Of a DNA stretch of 64,000 bases, positions 30,779 to 40,285 are shown piece by piece. The first letter of the stretch is position 1; each line of letters begins with the position of its first letter. Location: the NCBI GenBank assembly GCA_977020255.1, contig CDROCS010000253.1:62001-126000 (forward strand). Reading direction: 5' to 3'. A model generated the notes under the pieces. It saw nothing but the letters and a program-made list of their open reading frames with translations. It was not told the origin of the DNA and made no database searches. This stretch comes from Obrimoposthia wandeli (taxonomy: Eukaryota). The translations under genes were made by a program, and so were the position numbers.

Positions 30779-30905
30779 AGTTACTCATTAATAAAAGATT
30801 AACGTAATCGTTACTTGAATAACCTTTTAGAACAGCGATAATAATGTCAAGTTAGACACACCTACCAACGGATGGTAGTAAATAGGTTATTCCTCAGGAG
30901 AGAAA

Positions 30906-33071
30906 ATGCCATTAGTAAACCTATATAAAAAATTGAGCCCCTTTCAACGGGTAATTATTGCTTTAATACTGGGTATATCAACGGGTATTTTTGTTGGTGA
31001 GCCTGCGGGGGATATTAAGGTCATTGGTGATGTTTATATTCGCTTACTTCAAATGACCGTATTACCTTATGTACTTGTTTCTATCATTGGTGGCCTAGGT
31101 CGATTAGATAGTACCATGGCAAGTCGTATAGGCTACCGTGCAGTAAAAGTGATAATCATTATGTGGCTGTCTGTAATGGCGACCTTATTATTACTGCCTT
31201 TTGCTTACCCAAACTGGGAAACCGCCGGTTTTTTCAGTACCAGTATGCTTGCTGAACCCGCCGCCTTTAACTTTGTAAAACTGTATATCCCCAGTAACAT
31301 TTTTGCCTCGCTATCAGAAACTATTGTTCCTGCAGTCGTGCTATTTTCATTATTGATGGGCGTTGCCTTAATCCAAGTAAAAAATAAAGAAACACTGTTA
31401 ACCTTAACCACCAACATTGGTGATAGCTTAATGAAAGTTGCTTCTTATGTAGCTAAATTAGCACCTTTAGGTATTTTTGCTATTTCAGCTTCTGCCGCGG
31501 GTACCCTCGAAGTTGAAGAGCTTGGTCGATTACAAGTATTTTTATGGGTTTACATCACTGCAGCGGCTCTACTGGCTTTTGTGTTTTTACCGCTGCTCAT
31601 TCATTGGGCAACACCTTTCTCCTATCGTGAGGTCTTGTCAACGGCTGGTGAAGCGGTAATAACCGCATTAGCTACCGGTACGGTATTAGTCGTTTTACCT
31701 ATGATAATTGAGCGCAGTAAAGCGCTATTAGCCAAACACGGCATGGAGTGCGAAGAAACAGACTCAACGGTGGATGTGCTTGTACCTACTGCCTACAGTT
31801 TTCCCAGTACAGGTACATTACTCGGCTTAGGATTTATTCTATTCTCTGCTTGGTATGTTGGCTCACCATTAGGGGTTGAGGACTATATTTCATTTGTCAT
31901 TATGGGTGCTTTAACTGCTTTTGGTAGTATGGCGGTTGCTATCCCCTTTTTACTCGACTTTTTCGACTTACCGGCCGATCAATTCCAGTTATATCTATTA
32001 GGTAGTGTCGTTACTGCACGATTTGCTACCGGTTTAGCTGCATTACACGGTTTTGTTGTTACTTTACTGGTCGCTTCTGCGGTATTGAAAAAACTTAAAT
32101 GGCATAGAATGATGCAAGTCATTGGTCTGCATTTAGTCGTTACTTTCGGTGTTATGATTGCCGCTGGTTTTACTTTAAAGTCATTAATTCCTTATAAGTA
32201 TGAAGGTGTGCAAACATTTCAATCAATGAAGTCGATGAATGTCAGCGTTCAGATAGATGAATATAAGGAACTTACGCCATTAGGATACTTTGAACAGCAA
32301 CAACCCCGCCTTGAGGTAATTCTTGCCCGTAAAAGCATTCGTGTTGGTTATAGCGATGTTAGCTTACCTTATGCTTTTAGAAATAAAGATGGTAAAACGG
32401 TTGGTTTTGACGTGGAGCTATTGAACCAATTTGCTAAAGATCTTGATATAAATTTATCCATGATTCGTATTGAAGATAACGCTGATGAAGCCGAACTCTT
32501 AGCTGATGGTAGTATTGATATCATTATTGGTGGCCATATAATTACACCAAAACGCGCGTTAGAAGTGGCCTTTTCAGATGCTTACACTTTCCATACCGCC
32601 GGTTTATTAGTTAATGATGCTAAGCGTAATCAGTTCTCTGATCTTTACAACATTCAAGCAATGAAAACGTTAAAATTAGGGGTGGGAAATAGTAAGTATT
32701 ACCAAGACATGGTGAAAGAATATCTACCCAATGCACAATTAACAGAAGTAAATAATGTTAGACAATTTCTTAAAGGTAAATATGAAGGCGTAGACGCGTT
32801 AATTTACTCAACTGAATCGGGATCTGCTTGGGCTATGTTATACCCAAATTATTCAGCCATTATACCTAAAGGTTTGAAACTAAGAGCACCGGTGGCCTTT
32901 GTACTACCTAAAGGCCAGTTAGAGTATGTACAGTATATGAATACTTGGCTCAAACTGAAAAAAGAAAATGGCTTACAAGAAAAAGTATACGATTATTGGA
33001 TTTTAGGTAAAAATCCTAAAGCGAAGAAACCACGCTGGTCTGTTATGAAAGATGTATTAGGTTGGCTTTAG
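30906..33071 (+). CDS. DAACS-family cation:dicarboxylate/amino-acid symporter fused to a C-terminal SBP_bac_3 binding domain
   Basis: YIRLLQMTVLPY, IPSNIFASL, LVPTAYSFP (DAACS). IRVGYS...PYAFRNKDG...GFDVELL, GSAWAMLYP (SBP). Confidence 0.85.
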   Translation: MPLVNLYKKLSPFQRVIIALILGISTGIFVGEPAGDIKVIGDVYIRLLQMTVLPYVLVSIIGGLGRLDSTMASRIGYRAVKVIIIMWLSVMATLLLLPFAYPNWETAGFFSTSMLAEPAAFNFVKLYIPSNIFASLSETIVPAVVLFSLLMGVALIQVKNKETLLTLTTNIGDSLMKVASYVAKLAPLGIFAISASAAGTLEVEELGRLQVFLWVYITAAALLAFVFLPLLIHWATPFSYREVLSTAGEAVITALATGTVLVVLPMIIERSKALLAKHGMECEETDSTVDVLVPTAYSFPSTGTLLGLGFILFSAWYVGSPLGVEDYISFVIMGALTAFGSMAVAIPFLLDFFDLPADQFQLYLLGSVVTARFATGLAALHGFVVTLLVASAVLKKLKWHRMMQVIGLHLVVTFGVMIAAGFTLKSLIPYKYEGVQTFQSMKSMNVSVQIDEYKELTPLGYFEQQQPRLEVILARKSIRVGYSDVSLPYAFRNKDGKTVGFDVELLNQFAKDLDINLSMIRIEDNADEAELLADGSIDIIIGGHIITPKRALEVAFSDAYTFHTAGLLVNDAKRNQFSDLYNIQAMKTLKLGVGNSKYYQDMVKEYLPNAQLTEVNNVRQFLKGKYEGVDALIYSTESGSAWAMLYPNYSAIIPKGLKLRAPVAFVLPKGQLEYVQYMNTWLKLKKENGLQEKVYDYWILGKNPKAKKPRWSVMKDVLGWL

Positions 33072-33102
33072 CTGAAAAGCTTTAGATAGGTTATAACAAA
33101 CT

Positions 33103-33137
33103 AAAAAGCACCTTAAATTTACTTAAGGTGCTTTTTT
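33103..33137. terminator. Bidirectional terminator
   Basis: AAAAAGCACCTTAA-attta-cTTAAGGTGCTTTTTT. Confidence 0.8.
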
Positions 33138-33162
33138 ATTGGGCGTAATAAAAAGGTAGAAA

Positions 33163-34023
33163 CTAGTTTTTGTGGTAGTTATTGATATACCACTGAGTAT
33201 GCTCTGCAACAGTATTATTATAAGCTTGCTGTAATGAAGGTAAAACAACGGTATCCGCTTGCCCTGTTAACTCATCCATAAAGACTTTTTTGGCTTCAGT
33301 TGCCAGCACTAACACATTGTCATATCGACCATGACAAAAGCCTGCTAAGCGTCCCTTACCATAGAAAATATCATTCTCTGCTGCGGTCACTACAATACCT
33401 TCAACCTTCATGTTTTGTAATGCACTAAGCCAACTATCAATAATCGGTCGCCATTGCTCGCCTTTTACAGAGGTTGTGCCAACATTGAATATGGGTAAGT
33501 CTTTTCGCTCATGACGCTTAAAATTATACGAATGGTTGTCGTAAACGACACATTGGCCAAAATCTTCAATAAGTGCTTCAACAACAGCCGCGACAATGCG
33601 ATAAAATTGCGCGTGCTTGGCCTTACTTTTGGTAATCATCTCTTCACTGAGCGGTGTTTTCCATATTTCTTTACCCCAAGCGGTTTCATAGACACACTCA
33701 TCAGTATTACGATTTAAATCATATTCATAACGTGAGTCATGGGCAATTAAGGTAATGGATTGCTTGGCAATAAAGCTGCCTGTATAAGGGTCTTCTTCAT
33801 AATAACGTGAGGCTTTATCAAGTAAGCAGTTATCTTCAAGTTCTGCTCTAAAGTTACTGCCATCATGAATAGCCGCTGACATAGCAGGCAGGTACTCATC
33901 AATTTTGAGGGTAAAAGCACCGCCGACAACGGTAGCAATAAAACACTGACGTTGATTAATTTTCTTAATAATTTCTTGTTCGGTTATTTGTTCGCTTATC
34001 TTTTTGGTAAGTTGCTCGGTCAT
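33163..34023 (-). CDS. N-formylglutamate amidohydrolase family protein
   Basis: AIHDG, YEEDPYTG, SRYEYDLNR, YDNHSY, FNVGT and ENDIFYG motifs. Confidence 0.75.
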   Translation of the reverse strand: MTEQLTKKISEQITEQEIIKKINQRQCFIATVVGGAFTLKIDEYLPAMSAAIHDGSNFRAELEDNCLLDKASRYYEEDPYTGSFIAKQSITLIAHDSRYEYDLNRNTDECVYETAWGKEIWKTPLSEEMITKSKAKHAQFYRIVAAVVEALIEDFGQCVVYDNHSYNFKRHERKDLPIFNVGTTSVKGEQWRPIIDSWLSALQNMKVEGIVVTAAENDIFYGKGRLAGFCHGRYDNVLVLATEAKKVFMDELTGQADTVVLPSLQQAYNNTVAEHTQWYINNYHKN

Positions 34024-34212
34024 AATTCAACTCCTAAGAAAATGTATAGACTGTTTATATCATAGGTTAATCGTATATTAAAGATAGGTAATATTAAGCT
34101 ATTAACTGTTATTTCAAGTAGTTAAATTGAATCATTTTGTTTGCACTTTTTATCATAAAGATATTAACAGCCAACTCACTAGTGCGTTGGCTGTTAAAAA
34201 AAGCGGTGCTAA

Positions 34213-34392
34213 TTAAATAATAAAGACGAGTAATATCATACCAGCACCTAATAAAGGCAGTAGATAGTTAGAATATAATAATAAGCTACCCCAGCCAAGC
34301 GGTAACATAAAGGACTTTGCACTCATCATAACCATTGAGAGTAATACCTTAAAATCACCTTTAAAAACAACAGCAAATATATAAATGAACAT
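34213..34392 (-). CDS. Candidate 59-aa hydrophobic small membrane protein (below the ORF-track cutoff)
   Basis: Hand translation MFIYIFAVVFKGDFKVLLSMVMMSAKSFMLPLGWGSLLLYSNYLLPLLGAGMILLVFII*. A 12-bp hairpin at 34164-34197 follows it. No clear RBS. Confidence 0.35.
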   Translation of the reverse strand: MFIYIFAVVFKGDFKVLLSMVMMSAKSFMLPLGWGSLLLYSNYLLPLLGAGMILLVFII

Positions 34393-34563
34393 TACAAAAT
34401 CAAGTGTTCATTTGACCTAGTAACGTGAACTGAGATTTCACATTATTTTGAACAGTTACTGCAAGTTTATTGCTAATTTATAAGCATGAACACTAGTCAA
34501 GCCACCACTGGGACTGGTAGAATCTATCGCATTATATTTTTGAACATAAAAGAAGACATTGAG

Positions 34564-35289
34564 ATGGGCAGAGCATACCAAAACCGCAAATTATCTATGG
34601 CGAAAACCGCAGGGGCCAAAACTAAAGTTTACTCTAAGTACGGTAAAGCAATTTACGTTTGTGCTAAAACTGGTGGTGTTGATCCCGATGGTAACCTTTC
34701 TTTACGAGGCTTAATTGACCGTGCAAAGAAAGATCAAGTACCTACTCACGTTATAGATAATGCTATTAAAAAAGCTTCTGGTGCTGGCGGCGAAGACTTT
34801 GTTGAAGCCCGATATGAAGGTTACGGCCCTGGTAACTGTATGGTAATTATTGATTGCTTAACAGATAACGGTAACCGCACGATTAAAGATGTCCGCCAAT
34901 GTTTCAGTAAAAATAATGGTAAAATAGGTACTTCAGGCTCTGTATCGCATATGTTTGATCACCAAGCTGTTTTTGCTTTTAAAGGTGAAGATGATGAAAC
35001 TGTTTTAGAAACATTGATGATGGCTGATATTGATGTAACTGATGTGGAATTAGAAGACGGTATTATTACTGTTTACGCCCCTCACACTGAGTTTTTCAAA
35101 ATTAAAACTGAGTTTACTAACTCAATGCCTGAGTATGAATTAGAAGTTGAAGAGCTTTCTTGGGTACCACAAAACTACATTGATGTTGAAGGTGAAGAGA
35201 ATTTAGAAAATTTTGAAAAATTCATCGCTATGTTAGATGACTGTGATGATGTTCAGCACGTTTATCATAATGCTGAGATTAAAGACTAA
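34564..35289 (+). CDS. YebC/PmpR family protein (YeeN-like branch)
   Basis: [49 protein letters not shown] 34564 preferred. Confidence 0.88.
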   Translation: MGRAYQNRKLSMAKTAGAKTKVYSKYGKAIYVCAKTGGVDPDGNLSLRGLIDRAKKDQVPTHVIDNAIKKASGAGGEDFVEARYEGYGPGNCMVIIDCLTDNGNRTIKDVRQCFSKNNGKIGTSGSVSHMFDHQAVFAFKGEDDETVLETLMMADIDVTDVELEDGIITVYAPHTEFFKIKTEFTNSMPEYELEVEELSWVPQNYIDVEGEENLENFEKFIAMLDDCDDVQHVYHNAEIKD

Positions 35290-35311
35290 CGTTAATCGTT
35301 TTAGCTTTAAT

Positions 35312-35342
35312 AAAAAAACCAGTACTTAGTACTGGTTTTTTT
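35312..35342. terminator. Bidirectional terminator
   Basis: A7-CCAGTACT-t-AGTACTGG-T7. Confidence 0.8.
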
Positions 35343-35368
35343 GTGCTCTAAATTGTAAAAAAGTACTG

Positions 35369-36544
35369 TTATTGATGGTATAGCGGCAACACTTTACCAC
35401 TTAAGCTACCGCGCCATTTCTTACCCTGTTCAATAAACAATACCTCACCGTAATTACCTTCTTTAATACTTGAATCAATGGCAATGACTCTTCCTTGATA
35501 ACGACTTTCAATTTGTTTTTGTGAGGTATGACCAACGATTAAATTTTCAACATCAAAATGTTTGAGCAATAAATCAATTTCTGTGGAAGTTGCGCCATTG
35601 TCTTTTGAACGAGAGCCTTTTGCGTGAGAAGCCTTACCACGATCTGCTGTAAAATAACCGCGATACCAAATAGGACCATTGGTGGTATGAAGAAATTTAG
35701 CCCACCCTGCTCGTGGCTGCTTCAGCTCAGACTTTACTAAGCTACTTTTAAATACCGTATTGATCTCAACCAAGCTACGCTGCTCAATGGCTAAACTTGG
35801 ATGAAAACCACCATGAGCAAACAGCATATTGTTTACTTTAACAAGCACAGACTTACTACGTAACCAATTACCTATAATACTATCTTGGCTAAATAACTGC
35901 TCAAAAGGCTTATTTAATTGCTTCGCCGTTTCAACGTATTTAGGATGTAAATAACGTAAATCACCATTAAGTACCATCACTTCATGGTTGCCCAATGTTA
36001 GGTGAATATTACCACCTGCTTTTTGGGCTTGCTGTTCTAAATCGTATAAAAACCATAAAATTTCAGTGACTTTATCACCTCGATCAAAAATATCACCGGT
36101 GATAACAAAATGACCATTGCCAAAAACCCAGTTTTTATTTTCGTCAATTATCTTATTATTGGTTAGCAACTCGATCATTAAGTCATATTTCCCATGAAAA
36201 TCACTTAAGGCTGCGACGGGATAATCACCAGAAAATTCAAGTACCTTATTTTCAATACTACTCAACGCATGTATCTCAGCAGGCATATTACAAGCCGAAA
36301 TAATGAACGGAAAGCTAACCACCTCAGTAGTACTTTTTACCACGTCACCTTGGCACAGCCAATAAGATTCAAGCTGTTGCTGTTCATTAACAAAAATATA
36401 AGGTCCATCATTAACCGGTGGTAATGTTTCAACTTTTGATTTTTCATCTACATTGGAATAAGCAAAGGTTGAAATACTACTGGCCAATAGTAACGTTGAT
36501 GTGAGAATAATTGAACGTAGATTAAGATAAAAAGAGGGAAACAT
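35369..36544 (-). CDS. Exported PPP-type metallophosphoesterase (Shewanella-like phosphatase)
   Basis: Signal peptide, SDFHG, GDIFDRG, GNHE, HGG and VGHT motifs. Confidence 0.85.
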   Translation of the reverse strand: MFPSFYLNLRSIILTSTLLLASSISTFAYSNVDEKSKVETLPPVNDGPYIFVNEQQQLESYWLCQGDVVKSTTEVVSFPFIISACNMPAEIHALSSIENKVLEFSGDYPVAALSDFHGKYDLMIELLTNNKIIDENKNWVFGNGHFVITGDIFDRGDKVTEILWFLYDLEQQAQKAGGNIHLTLGNHEVMVLNGDLRYLHPKYVETAKQLNKPFEQLFSQDSIIGNWLRSKSVLVKVNNMLFAHGGFHPSLAIEQRSLVEINTVFKSSLVKSELKQPRAGWAKFLHTTNGPIWYRGYFTADRGKASHAKGSRSKDNGATSTEIDLLLKHFDVENLIVGHTSQKQIESRYQGRVIAIDSSIKEGNYGEVLFIEQGKKWRGSLSGKVLPLYHQ

Positions 36545-36678
36545 TACAACTCCAAAAAGTAAGGAAAAATATAGAAAATAAAAGCACAGATTAAAAGAAA
36601 AAAGACCACATTCGTGTGAAAACTTAAAATGGAGATAAGCTTAACTTATCCCCATCATAACTAGTTAAAAAATTTAGT

Positions 36679-39600
36679 TTAGAAGCTAACTTGAGCGCCT
36701 AAGTAAACAAAGCGACCAGTACCTGCATCATATTCACTGCCATAATTACCACGACCACCATAATAAAACTCCCCCTTATCATCAAAGATATTGTTAATAC
36801 CACCAAAGACACGAATTGAAGAATCATCATTCATATCAATGTTGTAAGACACTGATAAGTTATGTTTGAAATAAGAACTCAATTCTTGGAAAGCTAATGA
36901 TTCAGGGTTGGTAATACACTCAGCTTCGCCAGCAGTGCAACGCTCTGCATTGTCCGCCATATCTCCTTCCCAGTCTTTTTGCTCAGCAAAATCACGCAGC
37001 GCTGCGCTTTTATAAGTTGTGCTCCAACGGATACGTAAGTCATCTAAATACCAAGCAACAGATGCTGACGCCTTATCTTCAAATATTCCTTCATCTGCAT
37101 AACCGACATAATCTTCCACAACAATACCGTCAATACCGGTAACTGTTTTAGAGTGTTCTAGTAAATGAGTCCAATCCATTTTGAACTTAAGACTACCAAA
37201 AGAATTCATGTCATAAGCATACGCCACAGCGATATCTACACCACGAGTACCTAATTCATCAATGTTATAACTACGTTGCAAGACTTCTTCTAACTGACCT
37301 TCACTATCACGCTTAATTGAATCACAGAATTCATTCTCTTGGCCTAAAGCGATACTTGAATCGTAACATTGCGATAAAATTTGATCATTGCCAAATTCAT
37401 CAATTGCATCCTCAATTGAAATATCGTAATAATCAAGGGCAATGCTAAATCCCTCTAAGAAGGTTGGCTCATAAGTAGCACCTAAGGTAAGCGTCGTTCC
37501 TGTTTCTTCATATAACTCAGGATTACCAGCATTTGGCGAGTAACCATTGCTATCATCTTCAAATTCACCATCCGCAGCGATTGCTGCGGCAATGCCAGGC
37601 TCTAAACGACAGTTATCATGCCCAGCATCACTAGAGGTTGCTGTAACACCATGACAGATATCATCAAAACTATCAAAATCACCGGCAGCTGGTTCATATA
37701 ACTCATTCACACTAGGTGCACGTTGAGCAATGGCGTAGTTACCGCGTAAATTAACACCTGCACCCACGGTCCACAAAAATCCTAGCTTATAACTAGACAC
37801 TAAGCCCACATTCTTCACATTATAATCAGATAGACGTAGTGATGTTTCTAATGATAAAAACTCTACTCCAGGTAAGTCACGTAATAAAGGAATAGATGCT
37901 TCACCAAAAACTTCAGCGACCGTGATATTTCCTTTAAATGCAGGAATTAGGTTCCAGGTAATGCCACCGTAAGTTAGTGCATCATCGGTAACCGCTTCTT
38001 GGGTGTCTTTTCGGTATTCAAAACCAAATACCGTAGCAACAGGACCCGCTGGCAATTCAAACAGATCACCGGTGATATAGCCCATAATATTAGCTTGCTC
38101 GTTATACGTATTCAGCGTTGGGTTTACACGAATATAGTTAGCCATTTCAGGCGTAATAGAGCCTTCGCCAAAAACATTTAAAGCGACACAACCATCAGCA
38201 CGTGCATCAGCATCATTACATTGAATACTACCATCGGCTGCGTAACCCGCATCTAAAGCATTTTTTGCTTTAAAGACATCAATTTCATTATTTCTAAATT
38301 GGCGTTGATGGAATTTACCGTAACCCGCAGAGATATCCCAATCCCACTCACCACCAAACATAACACCTTGAAGACCTGCCCAAGCACGTACTGTTTCACG
38401 TTCATTATCAGTTGATACTGGCCCTACTTCACCAAAGCGGCGATCCCAATAAATTCGGTCTTTGTATTGACCCGCTGTCTCACGGATTGCAGCAGGTACA
38501 TAGGGATTATCAATTGGGATTCTACCAAGGTTTATTGTTCCTGGCTCACCCGTTTCTCTATCTGTGTAGGTAGCCGTTTCGCTATCACCAGAATCTTCAG
38601 GTGATTTATCATTAACGGTATAGTTTCCACTCCATTGTATTTGCGAGTAAAAAGTGATGTCATCTGTAATATCGAAATCTAGTTTTAATGCTGCTGAAAC
38701 GCGTTCACTTGGTACTTTTAATTGCACAAATTGACGTGAGTTAATACCGACTTTTTCTTCGAGGTACTTATCATAGGCTGCAGATTTTAACTCTTGTCCC
38801 TCGTACCAATAAATTTCATCAAACTTGCTTGATTCTTGAAAAATCCCTCCTAGAGTACCATCGCTTCGACTACGCCATTCACTCATGGGTGTTTCGTTAT
38901 ATGGCTTATAACCATCAGCAGTTAATATTTCATTGCGCATGGTATCGGCATCATAACTAAATGATGCTTCTTGAGCAGCGCGGTCGCGATCCTCATATTT
39001 AAGACCATAATCTTTATCATAGTTACTACTGAAATATAAATAACCACGGTCGTCTGCAAATGAAGTACCGTAACTTGCATCAAGGGTAAATTCTTTAGCA
39101 CCGCCGTCGGTGCTTTCACCGCCACGCGCTTTAAAGTCAAAACCTTCTTTACCCGATTGAGTAATAATATTTACAACACCAGATACCGCATCAGCGCCAT
39201 AAGTAGCAGAAGCACCACCGGTAATAACTTCAACACGTTGTACCATGCCTGATGGAATAGTACTCATGCTGACATAATTACCGCTTTTTGAGTTTGATAC
39301 TACCCGACGACCATCAATCAAAGTTAAGGTACGGTTAGCACCTAAATTACGTAGTTCAACCGTGGTAATACCGGTACTAGCTACACTTGATTGGCTGGTT
39401 GCATTACTGGTTCCAAATGATAGGGCTGGCATGTTATCTACCAAGATTTGTCCCATCTCGCCAAGACCTGTATCACCAATGGCTTCTTTATCCATTGTTA
39501 CCAATGGTGTTGCAACCGTGAAGCTGTCACGACGCAGGCGAGACCCTGTCACAGTGATTTTTTCATCAGCATTAACTTTTTTTGCTTCGTCTGACTGCTC

Positions 39601-39738
39601 AGTTTGTACGACAGGTTTAGCTATTTCATTCTCGGCTTCCGCAGCCAAAGTAGCAGGGGAAAGCGCAATAGCACTACCAGCGAGGGCAGTATATATAGCC
39701 GTTTGAATTGCGATGGTGATTGGACTCTTATTCATCAT
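36679..39738 (-). CDS. TonB-dependent receptor (1019 aa)
   Basis: Signal peptide, TonB box KITVTGS, plug (LRNLGANRTLTLIDGRR, YGADAVSGVVNII), C-terminal aromatic QVSF. Confidence 0.92.
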   Translation of the reverse strand: MMNKSPITIAIQTAIYTALAGSAIALSPATLAAEAENEIAKPVVQTEQSDEAKKVNADEKITVTGSRLRRDSFTVATPLVTMDKEAIGDTGLGEMGQILVDNMPALSFGTSNATSQSSVASTGITTVELRNLGANRTLTLIDGRRVVSNSKSGNYVSMSTIPSGMVQRVEVITGGASATYGADAVSGVVNIITQSGKEGFDFKARGGESTDGGAKEFTLDASYGTSFADDRGYLYFSSNYDKDYGLKYEDRDRAAQEASFSYDADTMRNEILTADGYKPYNETPMSEWRSRSDGTLGGIFQESSKFDEIYWYEGQELKSAAYDKYLEEKVGINSRQFVQLKVPSERVSAALKLDFDITDDITFYSQIQWSGNYTVNDKSPEDSGDSETATYTDRETGEPGTINLGRIPIDNPYVPAAIRETAGQYKDRIYWDRRFGEVGPVSTDNERETVRAWAGLQGVMFGGEWDWDISAGYGKFHQRQFRNNEIDVFKAKNALDAGYAADGSIQCNDADARADGCVALNVFGEGSITPEMANYIRVNPTLNTYNEQANIMGYITGDLFELPAGPVATVFGFEYRKDTQEAVTDDALTYGGITWNLIPAFKGNITVAEVFGEASIPLLRDLPGVEFLSLETSLRLSDYNVKNVGLVSSYKLGFLWTVGAGVNLRGNYAIAQRAPSVNELYEPAAGDFDSFDDICHGVTATSSDAGHDNCRLEPGIAAAIAADGEFEDDSNGYSPNAGNPELYEETGTTLTLGATYEPTFLEGFSIALDYYDISIEDAIDEFGNDQILSQCYDSSIALGQENEFCDSIKRDSEGQLEEVLQRSYNIDELGTRGVDIAVAYAYDMNSFGSLKFKMDWTHLLEHSKTVTGIDGIVVEDYVGYADEGIFEDKASASVAWYLDDLRIRWSTTYKSAALRDFAEQKDWEGDMADNAERCTAGEAECITNPESLAFQELSSYFKHNLSVSYNIDMNDDSSIRVFGGINNIFDDKGEFYYGGRGNYGSEYDAGTGRFVYLGAQVSF

Positions 39739-40285
39739 TCATCTCTCTTAGTGTTTTTGTTTAGTTATATTTTTATGTTTTTTATTTTATTTTTATATTT
39801 TGGGTTATTCCTAAAAGAAGCTAATTAGCGACTAATAGAAATCAATGAGCTACTTATAAAACAAGCCATGACAGATCAGGTAATAAGCAAAACTCACAAA
39901 AGCAAACAGTCCAACTTCTAGTAACTTAATGTTAATAAAACGTAGATTAAATTTAACTCTCTTTTGTTTTAAAAAACTCAGCCCACTTATGCAATCTATA
40001 GAAGGTCATTTGTACATCTATTTAATATCTATTATTAAAAAAATAACAAATAATACATTTAAAACATGATGTTACATAAATAACAAACAAAGACATATTA
40101 CTAGTGTTTTGAAAGATATTTCAGCATAAAAACTAAAAGTAAGATAAAAAAAGTTACTTAACTTTGATAATTTTGTTAGCATGAATTTAACCTAGGGAGA
40201 GGTTAAGAGGATAAGAAGAAGGGCATATTTCGATAATTCATTCATTCTATAAAACGACTAAACTGAGCAAAACATAGTTCACATC

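Noticed and set aside
15003-34000. Intact integrative element with attL/attR at tRNA-Thr
   Set aside because: No integrase, and no distant copy of GGCAGTCGGCACCA was noticed beyond the local array.
39868-39874. Pho box upstream of the TonB receptor
   Set aside because: Only one CTGTCAT half-site (minus strand), with no partner at 11 bp and no correctly placed -10.
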